64,000 nucleotides of DNA from Flavobacteriaceae bacterium (GTDB lineage Bacteria > Bacteroidota > Bacteroidia > Flavobacteriales > Flavobacteriaceae). A program made the position numbers and the translations under genes. Every line of letters starts with the position of its first letter. Within the stretch, counting starts at the first letter, position 1. The notes beneath the pieces were generated by a model. The model was not told the origin of the DNA. It saw only the letters and a program-made list of their open reading frames with translations, and ran no database searches. Below are positions 1 to 9,781 of the stretch, in pieces. The stretch lies in NCBI GenBank assembly GCA_021648445.1, contig JAKISU010000002.1, forward strand, positions 385 through 64,384. The letters are read 5' to 3'.

Positions 1-336
1 CACGAAAGCAAGGGTAACGGTTTTGGCTACGAAATAATTCCAAATAACGGAACAGCAAATGCTGTCGTTTGTGGTGGAATGGGAAGAGAACGAAACCTTG
101 TATTAGACGATCGATTAACAAATTTTATTCCCATCACTCACATAACAGGAGAAGTAAACAAAGAAGGGATAAGAAAAATGACACCAAGAGAATGGGCAAG
201 ACTTCAAGGGTTTCCAGATGATTTTAAAATTGTTGTTTCGGACGCTCAAGCATACAAACAATTTGGAAATTCGGTAGCTATCCCTGCTATTCAGGCAACA
301 GCAAAAAAAATAATAGAAAAATTAAATAATGCTTAA
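1..336 (+). CDS. DNA (cytosine-5) methyltransferase, HpaII-like, C-terminal part (5' end outside window)
   Basis: Open frame from base 1: HESKGNGFGYEII...GGMGRERNLV...KMTPREWARLQGFPD...YKQFGNSV (motifs IX/X). As I recall it, very close to M.HpaII (CCGG). Confidence 0.9.
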   Translation, partial: HESKGNGFGYEIIPNNGTANAVVCGGMGRERNLVLDDRLTNFIPITHITGEVNKEGIRKMTPREWARLQGFPDDFKIVVSDAQAYKQFGNSVAIPAIQATAKKIIEKLNNA

Positions 337-954
337 AAAACTTGGAATTACGATTGGCAATGATACCAAAGCAGGAAACATATTTGAAGATTTGTTTCCA
401 AATTTTATGGAAATCGAATATCAAAAACCATCTGAATATATTACTCTTTTTTGGAATAAATATGAAGCTCAATCTGACAGAAATGCAAACCTGAACGGTA
501 AAATGTTTGAGTATATTTTGGCGTCTCTTTGTATAAGAGAGGGTATTTTACCTTTGTATATGAGTGCTAAAGTAGCTTTTGTGCCAAATGTAATCTATGA
601 TTTAATGTTTTACACAACAGAAAGAGGGCCAATCTGCTGGAGTGTAAAAACAAGTTTAAGAGAAAGATATAAGCAAGCTGATTTGGAATCAATAGCATTA
701 AAGTATGTTCATCGCAAAGCATTAAGTTATTAATAACATTAAGCGAAAAAGAAGCTGTTGGAGTTAAAACCAAAATCATATCAGGAGATGTTATTGGTCT
801 TGATAATGTAATTGTAGCTACAAACCCTGAATTTGACAAACTTGTCGCAGAACTAAAAACTTTCCGATTTGAAGAACCTCCAACGGTAAAAGTTATTGAG
901 TCGACACAACTCGTAACTATTGAGAAAGTTAAATTTGTGTTTCCCAACACTTAA
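329..954 (+). pseudogene. Putative type II restriction endonuclease (PD-(D/E)xK, KxxxRER type), frameshifted near 730
   Basis: Overlaps the MTase stop and has the motif YD...SVKTSLRER. The ORF stops at 733 (AGT TAT TAA), but the -1 frame continues LITLSEKEAVG...FVFPNT* to 954. One extra T would restore SYLITL. Confidence 0.7.
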
Positions 955-993
955 AATCATTTACCAAACGATAAACAAAACCTCCTAAACAAT

Positions 994-2625
994 CTACAAA
1001 TGCTTATACTCTGAAAGTCCTTTTGTAAATCTTTCAGGATTTGCTGCTAAATGATAACGTGGGTCATCAATATCTTCAACAATCACTTCGTGAAATTTTG
1101 GACTTGCTTTATACAGCAATATTTTACAATCTTCACTCAGGTGTTTTAATTTAATCGTTTTTCCTTCAGCTTCATATTTATTTACCAGATTAAAAATTGC
1201 CTCTAATGCTGAATGATCACTAATACGCGATTCTACAAAATCGATTTCCACTTTATCAGGATCTCCTTTTACATCGAACTTTTCATTAAAAGCAATGACA
1301 GATCCAAAAAATAATGGTCCCCATATTTCATATACTTTAGTACCATCTTCTCGTATACGTTTACGCGCTCTAATACGCTTTGCGTTTTCCCAAGAAAATA
1401 CCAATGCGCTAATAATAACGCCCGCAATCACTGCAATGGCTAAATCGAAAATTACGGTTAAAGCAGAAACTGCAATCAAAACAATTACATCACTAACAGG
1501 TATCTTATTTAAAATTCTAAAACTACTCCAAGCAAAAGTGCCAATAACTACCATAAACATAACGCCTACTAGAGCTGCAATAGGAACTTGTTCAATTAAA
1601 CCCGAAGCAAATAGAATAAAGGCTAATAATGACAATGCAGCTACAATACCAGAAAGACGACCTCTACCTCCACCTTTAATATTGATCAATGATTGTCCTA
1701 TCATAGCACAGCCGCCCATTCCCCCAAACAATCCAGTAACAATATTTGCGCCTCCTTGTGCTAAACATTCTCTGTTTGAATTTCCTCTGGTTTCTGTTAA
1801 TTCATCAATTAAATTCAAGGTCATTAATGATTCTATCAAACCAATTGCCGCCAAGATCAAAGCATAAGGAAATATAAATTTTAAAGTTTCTAAGTTAAAT
1901 GGTACTTTACTAAAAATATTCCATTGAAACTGTGGTAAGCCTCCTTTTAAGCCTTCTCCTCCACCATCTCTAATAAAACTACCAACAGTTGCCACCTCTA
2001 GGTTTCCAAAAATTACGATGGCGGAAACCACTAAAATAGCAATCAATGCTTCAGGTACTTTTTTAGTCAATTTTGGTAAACCAAATATAATTGTCATTGT
2101 TAAACCAACAAGCCCTATCATTATTAAAAGTGGTGTGCTTTCCATCCATACTTTTTCACCATTTATAACTTCTTTAAACATTCCTAACTGCGATAAGAAA
2201 ATCACAATTGCCAACCCGTTTACAAAACCCATCATTACCGGGTGCGGAATCAATCTTACAAATTTTCCAAGTTTTAATATTCCTGCCAGCATTTGTATAA
2301 ACCCCATTAAAATAACAGTAGCGAATAAATAATACAGTCCGAGATTTTCTCCTTCCACGCCAAGTGTATTCCCTTTTGCAACTAAAGCTACCATAACTAC
2401 TGCCAAAGCACCTGTTGCACCTGAGATCATACCTGGGCGACCTCCGAAAATAGCGGTAATCAAACCTATCATAAAAGCTGCGTACAAACCAACTAATGGA
2501 TCAACACCTGCGACAAATGCAAATGCTACTGCTTCTGGTACCAAAGCCAATGCAACCGTTAAGCCTGATAGAATATCATTTTTTATAGTTGGTAATCTCT
2601 TCGTAATAAATTCTGTCATAACCAT
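994..2625 (-). CDS. SulP family anion transporter with STAS domain
   Basis: DILSGLTVALALVPEAVAFA motif, many TM helices, GPLFFGS STAS region. Confidence 0.93.
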   Translation of the reverse strand: MVMTEFITKRLPTIKNDILSGLTVALALVPEAVAFAFVAGVDPLVGLYAAFMIGLITAIFGGRPGMISGATGALAVVMVALVAKGNTLGVEGENLGLYYLFATVILMGFIQMLAGILKLGKFVRLIPHPVMMGFVNGLAIVIFLSQLGMFKEVINGEKVWMESTPLLIMIGLVGLTMTIIFGLPKLTKKVPEALIAILVVSAIVIFGNLEVATVGSFIRDGGGEGLKGGLPQFQWNIFSKVPFNLETLKFIFPYALILAAIGLIESLMTLNLIDELTETRGNSNRECLAQGGANIVTGLFGGMGGCAMIGQSLINIKGGGRGRLSGIVAALSLLAFILFASGLIEQVPIAALVGVMFMVVIGTFAWSSFRILNKIPVSDVIVLIAVSALTVIFDLAIAVIAGVIISALVFSWENAKRIRARKRIREDGTKVYEIWGPLFFGSVIAFNEKFDVKGDPDKVEIDFVESRISDHSALEAIFNLVNKYEAEGKTIKLKHLSEDCKILLYKASPKFHEVIVEDIDDPRYHLAANPERFTKGLSEYKHL

Positions 2626-2639
2626 TTTTTTACAAGCGG

Positions 2640-2647
2640 CAAAAATA
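2640..2647 (-). promoter_or_regulatory. Bacteroidota sigma-A -7 element (TATTTTTG) for sulP
   Basis: Matches the TAnnTTTG consensus about 15-20 nt upstream of the start. Confidence 0.55.
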
Positions 2648-2775
2648 CGCTTATTCTGTGCGTAGACAAGGATTATCCAACTATTTTGCCACCATTACCA
2701 TAAAAAAACACATTTTCAGTATCATGTGTTGAATTAGGTAACTTTTTACAAGTTCTAGTACCACGTTTTTAATGT

Positions 2776-2856
2776 AGTGTCTCGAGAACTTTATCTTTAA
2801 ACCTTCTAAACTGTTCTCGATATAATCTCGAATACTCGGGATTACTCGAACTGGCA
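2776..2856. repeat. REP-like inverted repeat with a short TCCCGA-type hairpin in it
   Basis: tcgagaac...gttctcga stem followed by aatctcgaatactcgggatt (2824-2843) and actcgaactggca. Confidence 0.55.
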
Positions 2857-2865
2857 AGTTAAATA

Positions 2866-3057
2866 ACGTGAGTTCGACATAAAAATGTTTATTATAAAGC
2901 TAAATCTATTAATATACAGAACATTGTCCGTTCGAGCGCAGTCGAGAACTATTAAAAACCTCTCGACTGCGCTCGAGGAGACACCAAAGTTATTAACTCG
3001 CATTTAAAAGGCTAGTATATCAGTTCTGAAACCAAAATTGTTACTTCGAACTCACGT
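2866..3057. mobile_element. MITE with IS982-like ends
   Basis: Terminal inverted repeats ACGTGAGTTCGA / TCGAACTCACGT; 6-bp direct repeat TAAATA at 2860-2865 and 3058-3063; no ORF. Confidence 0.8.
2925..2983. repeat. REP doublet (tcgagcgcagtcgaga / tctcgactgcgctcga)
   Basis: Perfect 16-bp inverted arms with tgtc...gaca ends; related motifs at 57048, 62247 and 63872. Confidence 0.8.
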
Positions 3058-3650
3058 TAAATAGAGTCTACAACCAACAATTTAATATTAGCATAGGTGT
3101 TTTTCATAACCTCTTTTATTTCTTGTTCATTAAGCCATTCAACTTTTGTGATTCCCTCTTCAAACTGCGGAAGTAATTGTCCGGTAAAAGAGGTCTTCAT
3201 CTCAAACCAATAGCTGATTTTAAATACATATTCTTCTTTATATTTATAAATATGATAAGTGGTATCTAATGCTTTTATAATTTCTAGTTCTTTAACTCCC
3301 GTCTCCTCTTCTACTTCGCGAACTGCTGCTTGTTCTATAGTTTCGCTATTTTCAATTTTCCCTTTGGGCAAATCCCATATATTATTTCTATAAATAAACA
3401 ATCTTTCGTTTTTACTGTTTATAACTACACCTCCGGCAGCTTCAATCACTTTAAAAGTATTTTTAAACTTTTCAAAAAACATCTCTATATCTTCATCATA
3501 TAAATATAAATCTTCCATCTCATCTACTTCTAATCTTTTAATAAACTCTAAAACATTTATATCTGTAATTCTAAAAAAATTAATTTCTGTACTATACTGT
3601 AAGTTATCCGTTAAGTATATCGGGTAATCATTTATAAAAACTGTAAACAT
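3057..3650 (-). CDS. NUDIX hydrolase
   Basis: Nudix box GKIENSETIEQAAVREVEEETG. Confidence 0.9.
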   Translation of the reverse strand: MFTVFINDYPIYLTDNLQYSTEINFFRITDINVLEFIKRLEVDEMEDLYLYDEDIEMFFEKFKNTFKVIEAAGGVVINSKNERLFIYRNNIWDLPKGKIENSETIEQAAVREVEEETGVKELEIIKALDTTYHIYKYKEEYVFKISYWFEMKTSFTGQLLPQFEEGITKVEWLNEQEIKEVMKNTYANIKLLVVDSI

Positions 3651-3670
3651 TTCTTATTAAAAATTTTATG

Positions 3671-3678
3671 TATTTTTG
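3671..3678 (+). promoter_or_regulatory. -7 promoter element for pyrE (near-leaderless)
   Basis: TATTTTTG 5 nt before the ATG. Confidence 0.55.
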
Positions 3679-3683
3679 ACGCT

Positions 3684-4325
3684 ATGATTTTTGAAAAAAA
3701 TACAGCAAAAAAAACAGCTGAGTTATTATTACAAATTAAGGCAATTAAATTAAGCCTTGAAAATCCTTTTACTTGGGCATCAGGATGGAAATCGCCCATT
3801 TATTGTGACAATAGAGTGACTTTATCTCACGTACAAATTCGTACTTATATTCGTGAATATTTCTCTAAAATAATTGATAAAAAATATGGTAAACCAGATG
3901 TTATTGCAGGCGTTGCAACAGGCGCCATTGCTATAGGTGTTTTGGTTGCTCAAGAATTAGGTGTTCCATTCGTCTATGTAAGACCTGAACCTAAAAAACA
4001 TGGTCGTCAAAATCAGATTGAAGGACAAATTGATAAAAATCAAACCGTGGTAGTTGTTGAGGATCTAATAAGTACAGGGAAAAGCAGCTTAAACGCTGTA
4101 AAAGCTTTGCAAGAACAAGATATTAAAGTTAAAGGAATGGTAGCCATATTTTCTTACGGCTTCGAATTTGCAGTACAAAACTTTAAAGATGCCAATGTAG
4201 AATTGACAACCTTGAGTGATTATAATCATTTATTACAACAAGCTATTGAAACAAATTATATAGCTGAAAGCGAATTAGAAACATTACAAGGCTGGCGTAA
4301 AAACCCAAGTGAATGGAGACAATAA
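3684..4325 (+). CDS. pyrE: Orotate phosphoribosyltransferase
   Basis: FTWASGWKSPIYCDNR and VVVVEDLISTGKSS PRPP-binding motif. Confidence 0.97.
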   Translation: MIFEKNTAKKTAELLLQIKAIKLSLENPFTWASGWKSPIYCDNRVTLSHVQIRTYIREYFSKIIDKKYGKPDVIAGVATGAIAIGVLVAQELGVPFVYVRPEPKKHGRQNQIEGQIDKNQTVVVVEDLISTGKSSLNAVKALQEQDIKVKGMVAIFSYGFEFAVQNFKDANVELTTLSDYNHLLQQAIETNYIAESELETLQGWRKNPSEWRQ

Positions 4326-4328
4326 GTT

Positions 4329-4377
4329 ATGAGGAATGAGGAATGAGGAATGAGGAATGAGGAATGAGGAATGAGGA
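4329..4377 (+). repeat. Heptanucleotide tandem repeat (ATGAGGA)x7
   Basis: Seven perfect copies directly after the pyrE stop. Confidence 0.95.
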
Positions 4378-4424
4378 AAAATAAAATATATTACTACCAA
4401 AACTAGTATACAAAAAATTAAAAG

Positions 4425-4814
4425 ATGAATTTAGAAAGCCCAAAAGTAAATGTACAAAAATCTGATAGTGAGTTGTTTGAATTTTTATCAGTTGTTGAAA
4501 ATTTTGAAAAAATTATGCCTGAAGATACCGATAAATTTGAGGTTAAAGAAAATGGTTTTTTATTCGCTTTAAAAGGTATGCCGGAAATTAAAGTTAAAAT
4601 GTCAGAGCAAGTGCCTTCAAATAAAATTGTTTTGAGTTCTGCTCTAGAGCAATTCCCTTTTAACTTGATCGCTACTATTACAAAAACAACTGAAGAGTCT
4701 AGTGAAGTACAATTTAATTTTGATGGTAAATTCAATATGATGATGGCAATGATGATTAAAAACCCATTACAAAAATTTATCAATACCTTAGCACAAAATA
4801 TAGAAAAGCTTTAA
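4425..4814 (+). CDS. SRPBCC/CoxG-like protein
   Basis: Short START-like protein ending in FNMMMAMMIKNPLQKF; typical pyrE neighbour in Bacteroidota. Confidence 0.7.
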   Translation: MNLESPKVNVQKSDSELFEFLSVVENFEKIMPEDTDKFEVKENGFLFALKGMPEIKVKMSEQVPSNKIVLSSALEQFPFNLIATITKTTEESSEVQFNFDGKFNMMMAMMIKNPLQKFINTLAQNIEKL

Positions 4815-4989
4815 CCCGCATTATTCACGGATATTCTATTCCAAAGCCAAACTGCCTGCTTTACTTGGCAATGCTTAAAATTTGTTTCCTTCAAAATTGG
4901 GTAACAATTTCTTCAGTAAAAAATGTCTGCGCTTCCCAATTAAATTGGCATTTTGACTTTTCATAACGAAAACCCATGAATAATACGGG
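4815..4989. mobile_element. 175-bp MITE family B, copy 1 (TTAA target, IS1380-like ends)
   Basis: CCCGCATTATTCA...TGAATAATACGGG flanked by TTAA (4811-4814, 4990-4993); second copy at 11391. Confidence 0.85.
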
Positions 4990-5010
4990 TTAAATACCTT
5001 AAAGTTGGTT

Positions 5011-5751
5011 TTAACTAAGGTTTTTAAATTTAATTTCCTTTAAACCATACACTTGTAACGATTCATCATCTAATTCAATCTGTAATTTACCTTCATTAGT
5101 TACACCAATTATTTTTCCTAAAAAAGCATTGTGATTAACATCAACAAACATTGATGGTACTCCTTTTTTGTACAATATCTTTTCATATTGCTGTTTTATC
5201 TCTTTAAACTTTTGTTGTTGAATCAAATGCAGTTGGTATTGAACTTCAAGTAGTATTTTATCTAATAACTCATCTTTATCAATAGTTTTATTCATTACTA
5301 TTTTTAGAGAGCTAGCATTTAAAATATTAGAGGGAAATTTTTCTTGGTTTACATTTAATCCAATTCCAATAATAGCATGAGTAACATTTGAATTATTTAT
5401 AGAGCTTTCAATTAAAATTCCACAAATTTTATGATTTGCTGACAAAATGTCGTTTGGCCATTTGACAGATAGTTTTTCGGGAATATAATATCTTAATACA
5501 TTGTATATAGCAATAGAAATACTATAGTTCAAATAAAATTGTTGTTTGGCTTTTAGGCTTTCAAACTTAGCTAAAATACTGAATGTTAAATTTTTACCCT
5601 TTTCAGATATCCAACTATTATCAAACTGACCTTTACCTTTAATTTGATTATCGGTAACAATAACAGTCCAATTTTCAATGGTAGTCTGCTTGATTAAATC
5701 TTTTAGATAAGAATTTGTAGAATCTATGGCATTAAGTTTGACTATCTTCAT
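5011..5751 (-). CDS. birA: Biotin--protein ligase (start corrected to MKIVKL)
   Basis: IDSTNSYL, QIKGKGQ, KWPND, KICGILIE motifs. Confidence 0.93.
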   Translation of the reverse strand: MKIVKLNAIDSTNSYLKDLIKQTTIENWTVIVTDNQIKGKGQFDNSWISEKGKNLTFSILAKFESLKAKQQFYLNYSISIAIYNVLRYYIPEKLSVKWPNDILSANHKICGILIESSINNSNVTHAIIGIGLNVNQEKFPSNILNASSLKIVMNKTIDKDELLDKILLEVQYQLHLIQQQKFKEIKQQYEKILYKKGVPSMFVDVNHNAFLGKIIGVTNEGKLQIELDDESLQVYGLKEIKFKNLS

Positions 5752-5760
5752 ATATAATTG

Positions 5761-5800
5761 CAAATATAAGACATCAATAATGATAAAATTAATACATTTG
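5761..5800. promoter_or_regulatory. Back-to-back -7 elements for birA (minus, 5761-5768) and rsfS-ftsH (plus, 5793-5800)
   Basis: CAAATATA (reverse complement TATATTTG) and TACATTTG. Confidence 0.55.
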
Positions 5801-5822
5801 CATAGAAATTTAAAGGTATTTA

Positions 5823-6200
5823 ATGACGGAACAAAAGGCAAGTGCTGATCAGTTGATTACTGAGATTATTAAAGGAATGGAAAAGGTTAAAGGTCAAAAA
5901 ATAAGTATTTTAGATCTGAGAGAAATTGAAAATACAGCATGTGATTACTTTATTATTTGTGAAGGGACTTCAAATACTCAAGTCAATGCAATTTCAGGTT
6001 CAGTTCAAAAAACAGTAAGTAAAGCTATACAAGACAAACCTTGGCATGTTGAAGGAGAAGCTAATGCTGAATGGATTTTATTAGATTACGTAAATGTAGT
6101 TGTACATATTTTTCAAAAACAAATTAGAGAGTATTACAACATTGAAGAGTTATGGGGCGATGCAAATATTACAAATATAGAAACTGCTAAAACAGTATAA
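5823..6200 (+). CDS. rsfS: Ribosome silencing factor
   Basis: DYFIICEG, WILLDY, REYYNIEELW. Confidence 0.95.
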   Translation: MTEQKASADQLITEIIKGMEKVKGQKISILDLREIENTACDYFIICEGTSNTQVNAISGSVQKTVSKAIQDKPWHVEGEANAEWILLDYVNVVVHIFQKQIREYYNIEELWGDANITNIETAKTV

Positions 6201-6214
6201 CGATTATAGAATAG

Positions 6215-8254
6215 ATGAGTCAAGATAAAAAAAACAATAAACCACTTAAAGAATTCAAGTTTAAATTCAATTTTTATTGGGTTTACGGAATTTTATTCGC
6301 ATTAATTATAGGATATCAGTTTTTAAATAGTTCTGATTTGGCAACCAGTAAACTATCTGATAATGAGTTTAAAGTAATCCTTCAGGATAACGATATTAAA
6401 AAAATTCTTATTGTAAATGATGACTATGCTCATATTTTCATAAAGGATGACGCTTTAGAAAAAGAAAAACATAATTCTAAAACTAAAGGGCCACTTTTCA
6501 ATAAGAAGAATCCACTTTATATTTATGATTTTGGAAATCAACAAAATTTCGAAAATGAATTAAACGCTGAAAAATCTGAATATAAATTAGATTTTGACAA
6601 AGATAATGCCAAGCAAACCAGTATTTGGGATGGCATTTTTATGTGGTTACCATTTATATTTATTATTGCTATTTGGATTTTTATCATGCGTCGTATGTCA
6701 GGTGCAGGTGGCGGTGGTGGTCCGGGTGGACAAATATTTAACATCGGTAAATCTAAAGCCAAATTATTTGATCAAGATCAAAAAGTACAAACATCATTTA
6801 AAGATGTTGCCGGATTAGAAGGCGCTAAAGAGGAAGTTCAAGAAATTGTTGATTTCCTGAAAAATCCGGGTAAATACACAAAATTAGGTGGTAAAATCCC
6901 TAAAGGTGCCTTATTAGTCGGTCCTCCTGGTACTGGTAAAACTTTATTAGCTAAAGCAGTTGCCGGCGAGGCAAAAGTACCTTTCTTTTCACTATCAGGA
7001 TCTGACTTTGTTGAAATGTTTGTAGGTGTTGGTGCATCACGTGTGCGTGATCTATTTAAACAAGCAGCACAAAAATCGCCTTCAATTATTTTTATTGATG
7101 AAATAGATGCTATTGGTAGAGCGCGTGGAAAGAATAATATGACAGGAGGAAATGACGAGAGAGAAAGCACTCTTAATCAATTACTTACAGAAATGGACGG
7201 TTTTGGAACTGATACCAATGTAATTGTATTAGCTGCAACCAACCGAGCGGATGTTTTAGATAAAGCACTAATGCGTGCTGGAAGATTCGATAGACAAATT
7301 TATGTTGACTTACCTGACATGAATGAAAGAAAAGAAATTTTTGAAGTACATATCAGACCCTTAAAACTAGCTAAAGATGTTGATATTGATTTTTTATCTA
7401 AACAAACACCAGGTTTTTCAGGTGCTGATATTGCCAATGTATGTAATGAAGCTGCTTTAGTTGCGGCTAGAAAAGATAAAAAAGCAGTACATCATCAAGA
7501 TTTTTTAGATGCTGTTGATAGAATTGTTGGTGGTTTAGAAAAGAAAAATAAAATTATTACTCAAAAAGAAAAGAGAACCATCGCTTTTCATGAAGCTGGT
7601 CATGCTACTGTTAGTTGGATGCTTGAACATGCTGCACCTCTGGTAAAAGTAACCATTGTTCCTAGAGGTCAATCATTAGGTGCAGCTTGGTATTTACCAG
7701 AAGAAAGAATGATTGTTCAAACCGAACAAATGTTAGATGAAATGTGTGCTACCTTAGGAGGAAGAGCAGCTGAAAAAGTTATTTTTAACAAAATATCTAC
7801 AGGCGCATTGAATGATCTAGAAAAAATCACGAAACAAGCCCGTGCAATGATCACAGTATATGGGTTAAGTGAAAAAATAGGTAATATTACCTATTATGAC
7901 TCTTCAGGACAATCAGATTATACTTTTACTAAACCTTATAGTGAAGAAACAGCACAACTTATTGATAAAGAAATTTCTGCACTAATTAAAAAACAATATC
8001 AACGGGCAATTTTTATACTCAAAAAGCATAAAAAAGAATTAACTGTATTGGCAGAACTATTACTCGAAAAAGAGGTTATTTTTAGTAACGATCTAGAAAA
8101 GATATTTGGAAAAAGACCTTTTGTAAAAGAACCTTTAGTAGTTAAAAAAAAGGTAGTGACTAACAAAAAATCAGAAGAAACTGTTGAAAAAATTACTACT
8201 AAGACTCAAAAAGATGTAAACAATGAGGGCGAGATTTCAACAGAATTCGCTTAG
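6215..8254 (+). CDS. ftsH: ATP-dependent zinc metalloprotease FtsH
   Basis: Two TM helices, GPPGTGKT Walker A, HEAGH zinc motif. Confidence 0.98.
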   Translation: MSQDKKNNKPLKEFKFKFNFYWVYGILFALIIGYQFLNSSDLATSKLSDNEFKVILQDNDIKKILIVNDDYAHIFIKDDALEKEKHNSKTKGPLFNKKNPLYIYDFGNQQNFENELNAEKSEYKLDFDKDNAKQTSIWDGIFMWLPFIFIIAIWIFIMRRMSGAGGGGGPGGQIFNIGKSKAKLFDQDQKVQTSFKDVAGLEGAKEEVQEIVDFLKNPGKYTKLGGKIPKGALLVGPPGTGKTLLAKAVAGEAKVPFFSLSGSDFVEMFVGVGASRVRDLFKQAAQKSPSIIFIDEIDAIGRARGKNNMTGGNDERESTLNQLLTEMDGFGTDTNVIVLAATNRADVLDKALMRAGRFDRQIYVDLPDMNERKEIFEVHIRPLKLAKDVDIDFLSKQTPGFSGADIANVCNEAALVAARKDKKAVHHQDFLDAVDRIVGGLEKKNKIITQKEKRTIAFHEAGHATVSWMLEHAAPLVKVTIVPRGQSLGAAWYLPEERMIVQTEQMLDEMCATLGGRAAEKVIFNKISTGALNDLEKITKQARAMITVYGLSEKIGNITYYDSSGQSDYTFTKPYSEETAQLIDKEISALIKKQYQRAIFILKKHKKELTVLAELLLEKEVIFSNDLEKIFGKRPFVKEPLVVKKKVVTNKKSEETVEKITTKTQKDVNNEGEISTEFA

Positions 8255-8296
8255 TTTTCTATATTTTTTTACTTTTGAGAAACTCATAGTAAAATA

Positions 8297-8890
8297 ATGA
8301 ATCTCTTAAAAAAACTATTCCAACAAAAAGTTGTTGTTGACGAGTCTGTTGATACAATTCTGCCAGATTTTTCTGACCTTCCTTTAGATGATTCTTTTGT
8401 GCAGAATTTTATTCAAAGAGGTGGTAAGTTCCTGTATTGTACACATCAAGAAGATGTAAATCAGAACCTTTTAGATATTATTAATGAAAACCATTGGGAA
8501 AAAGTTGTTTGCATTAATGATGATCTAAAAAAGGTCTTAACTATTATTGAAACAGAAAGTACTTCTGAAATTAACAATGATTATCCTTTTTTTACCAATT
8601 GTGAACATTTAATTTCTCAAGACGGTAGTATTCTTTTCTCATCTGAACAATTACGTGAAAAAAAGATCGCTGATCTTCCAGAACATTTTATAGTAATTGC
8701 TAAAACCAGCCAATTGGTTAGAAATAAAAGTGAAAGCTTGATGGGACTAAAAAAAACATACCATAAAGGTTTTCCAACCAATATAAGCTCTATAAAAAGT
8801 TATATACCTGAAAGGGTTGATGAAGACTTTTTAAACTTCGGTAATAATAATGCAAAAAGTCTATATTTGCTATTATTAGAAGATTTATAA
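8297..8890 (+). CDS. LUD (lactate utilisation B/C-like) domain protein
   Basis: CEHLISQDGSILFSS and LPEHFIVIA; usual ftsH-cdsA neighbour. Confidence 0.7.
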   Translation: MNLLKKLFQQKVVVDESVDTILPDFSDLPLDDSFVQNFIQRGGKFLYCTHQEDVNQNLLDIINENHWEKVVCINDDLKKVLTIIETESTSEINNDYPFFTNCEHLISQDGSILFSSEQLREKKIADLPEHFIVIAKTSQLVRNKSESLMGLKKTYHKGFPTNISSIKSYIPERVDEDFLNFGNNNAKSLYLLLLEDL

Positions 8891-8891
8891 A

Positions 8892-9683
8892 ATGCGGGAA
8901 CTTCTTGTAAGGGCAATATCCGGTCTAATTTATATTAGTGTAATCATTGGTTCTATATTGTATTCAAAAGAGTCATTTTACCTTGTTTTTTATTTGCTAA
9001 TGTTATTGTGCTTATATGAGTTGAAAATAATGATAAAACTGAGCTATAAATGGACATTTATAATTGCTACTTTACTATACTTCAGGTTTGCAAACTTACC
9101 TATTCTAGATTTTAAATATTTTCACTTTTTTCTAATTATAAGTATATTTATTCCTTTTATTTATCAATTATTCAAATCAAAAATCAGTTTAACATCAAGT
9201 AAATTAGGACATTACTTTTTAGCATTGGCATATATTGTTATTCCTTTTACATTATTAACACAAATACCATTTATCAATACAACCTATCATCCAAAAATAA
9301 TCATTGGTGTTTTTATATTGATATGGATTAGTGATACTTTTGCTTATATAGTTGGTAGTACATTAGGAAGGACAAAATTATATGAAAAAGTTTCGCCCAA
9401 CAAAACAGTTGAAGGTGCTTTAGGCGGATTAGTTGCTGCAATAATTGGTTCTTATTTTATTTCAAAATACGTAACATCTTTATCTCTTACAAACTGGATA
9501 GTTATTGCATCTATTGTTGTTGTTTTTGGTATTTTAGGCGACTTGATTGAATCTAAATTTAAAAGGGAAGCCGGCGTAAAGGACAGTAGTAATTTTATTC
9601 CCGGACATGGCGGATTTTTAGATAGATTAGACAGCGTTATTTTTGCTGCACCTTTTGTTTATGTATATTTACATATAATTTAA
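8892..9683 (+). CDS. cdsA: Phosphatidate cytidylyltransferase
   Basis: SPNKTVEG and KDSSNFIPGHGGFLDRLDS. Confidence 0.95.
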   Translation: MRELLVRAISGLIYISVIIGSILYSKESFYLVFYLLMLLCLYELKIMIKLSYKWTFIIATLLYFRFANLPILDFKYFHFFLIISIFIPFIYQLFKSKISLTSSKLGHYFLALAYIVIPFTLLTQIPFINTTYHPKIIIGVFILIWISDTFAYIVGSTLGRTKLYEKVSPNKTVEGALGGLVAAIIGSYFISKYVTSLSLTNWIVIASIVVVFGILGDLIESKFKREAGVKDSSNFIPGHGGFLDRLDSVIFAAPFVYVYLHII

Positions 9684-9781
9684 TAAAAATATAAATGTTT
9701 CTATCTGCTCATGCATATTGTCAATTATGGTCAGATACAACATTATTTAAACTTAATTTTAAAATAATAAGAAAGATATAG

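Noticed and set aside
567-950. 127-aa minus-strand ORF
   Set aside because: Antisense shadow of the frameshifted nuclease gene.
1295-2332. Plus-strand ORFs opposite sulP (and similar shadows opposite ftsH, mutS2, RND, psuG, xdhB)
   Set aside because: Antisense frames of strong genes, with no motifs of their own.
4329-4377. Possible CRISPR array
   Set aside because: 7-bp tandem units without spacers; no cas genes or repeat-spacer pattern anywhere in the window.
5751-5841. N-terminal extensions in the ORF track for birA, ung, VOC, DUF4159 and the lyase-fold gene
   Set aside because: They overlap promoters, neighbouring genes or repeats; downstream ATGs fit the family N-termini better.
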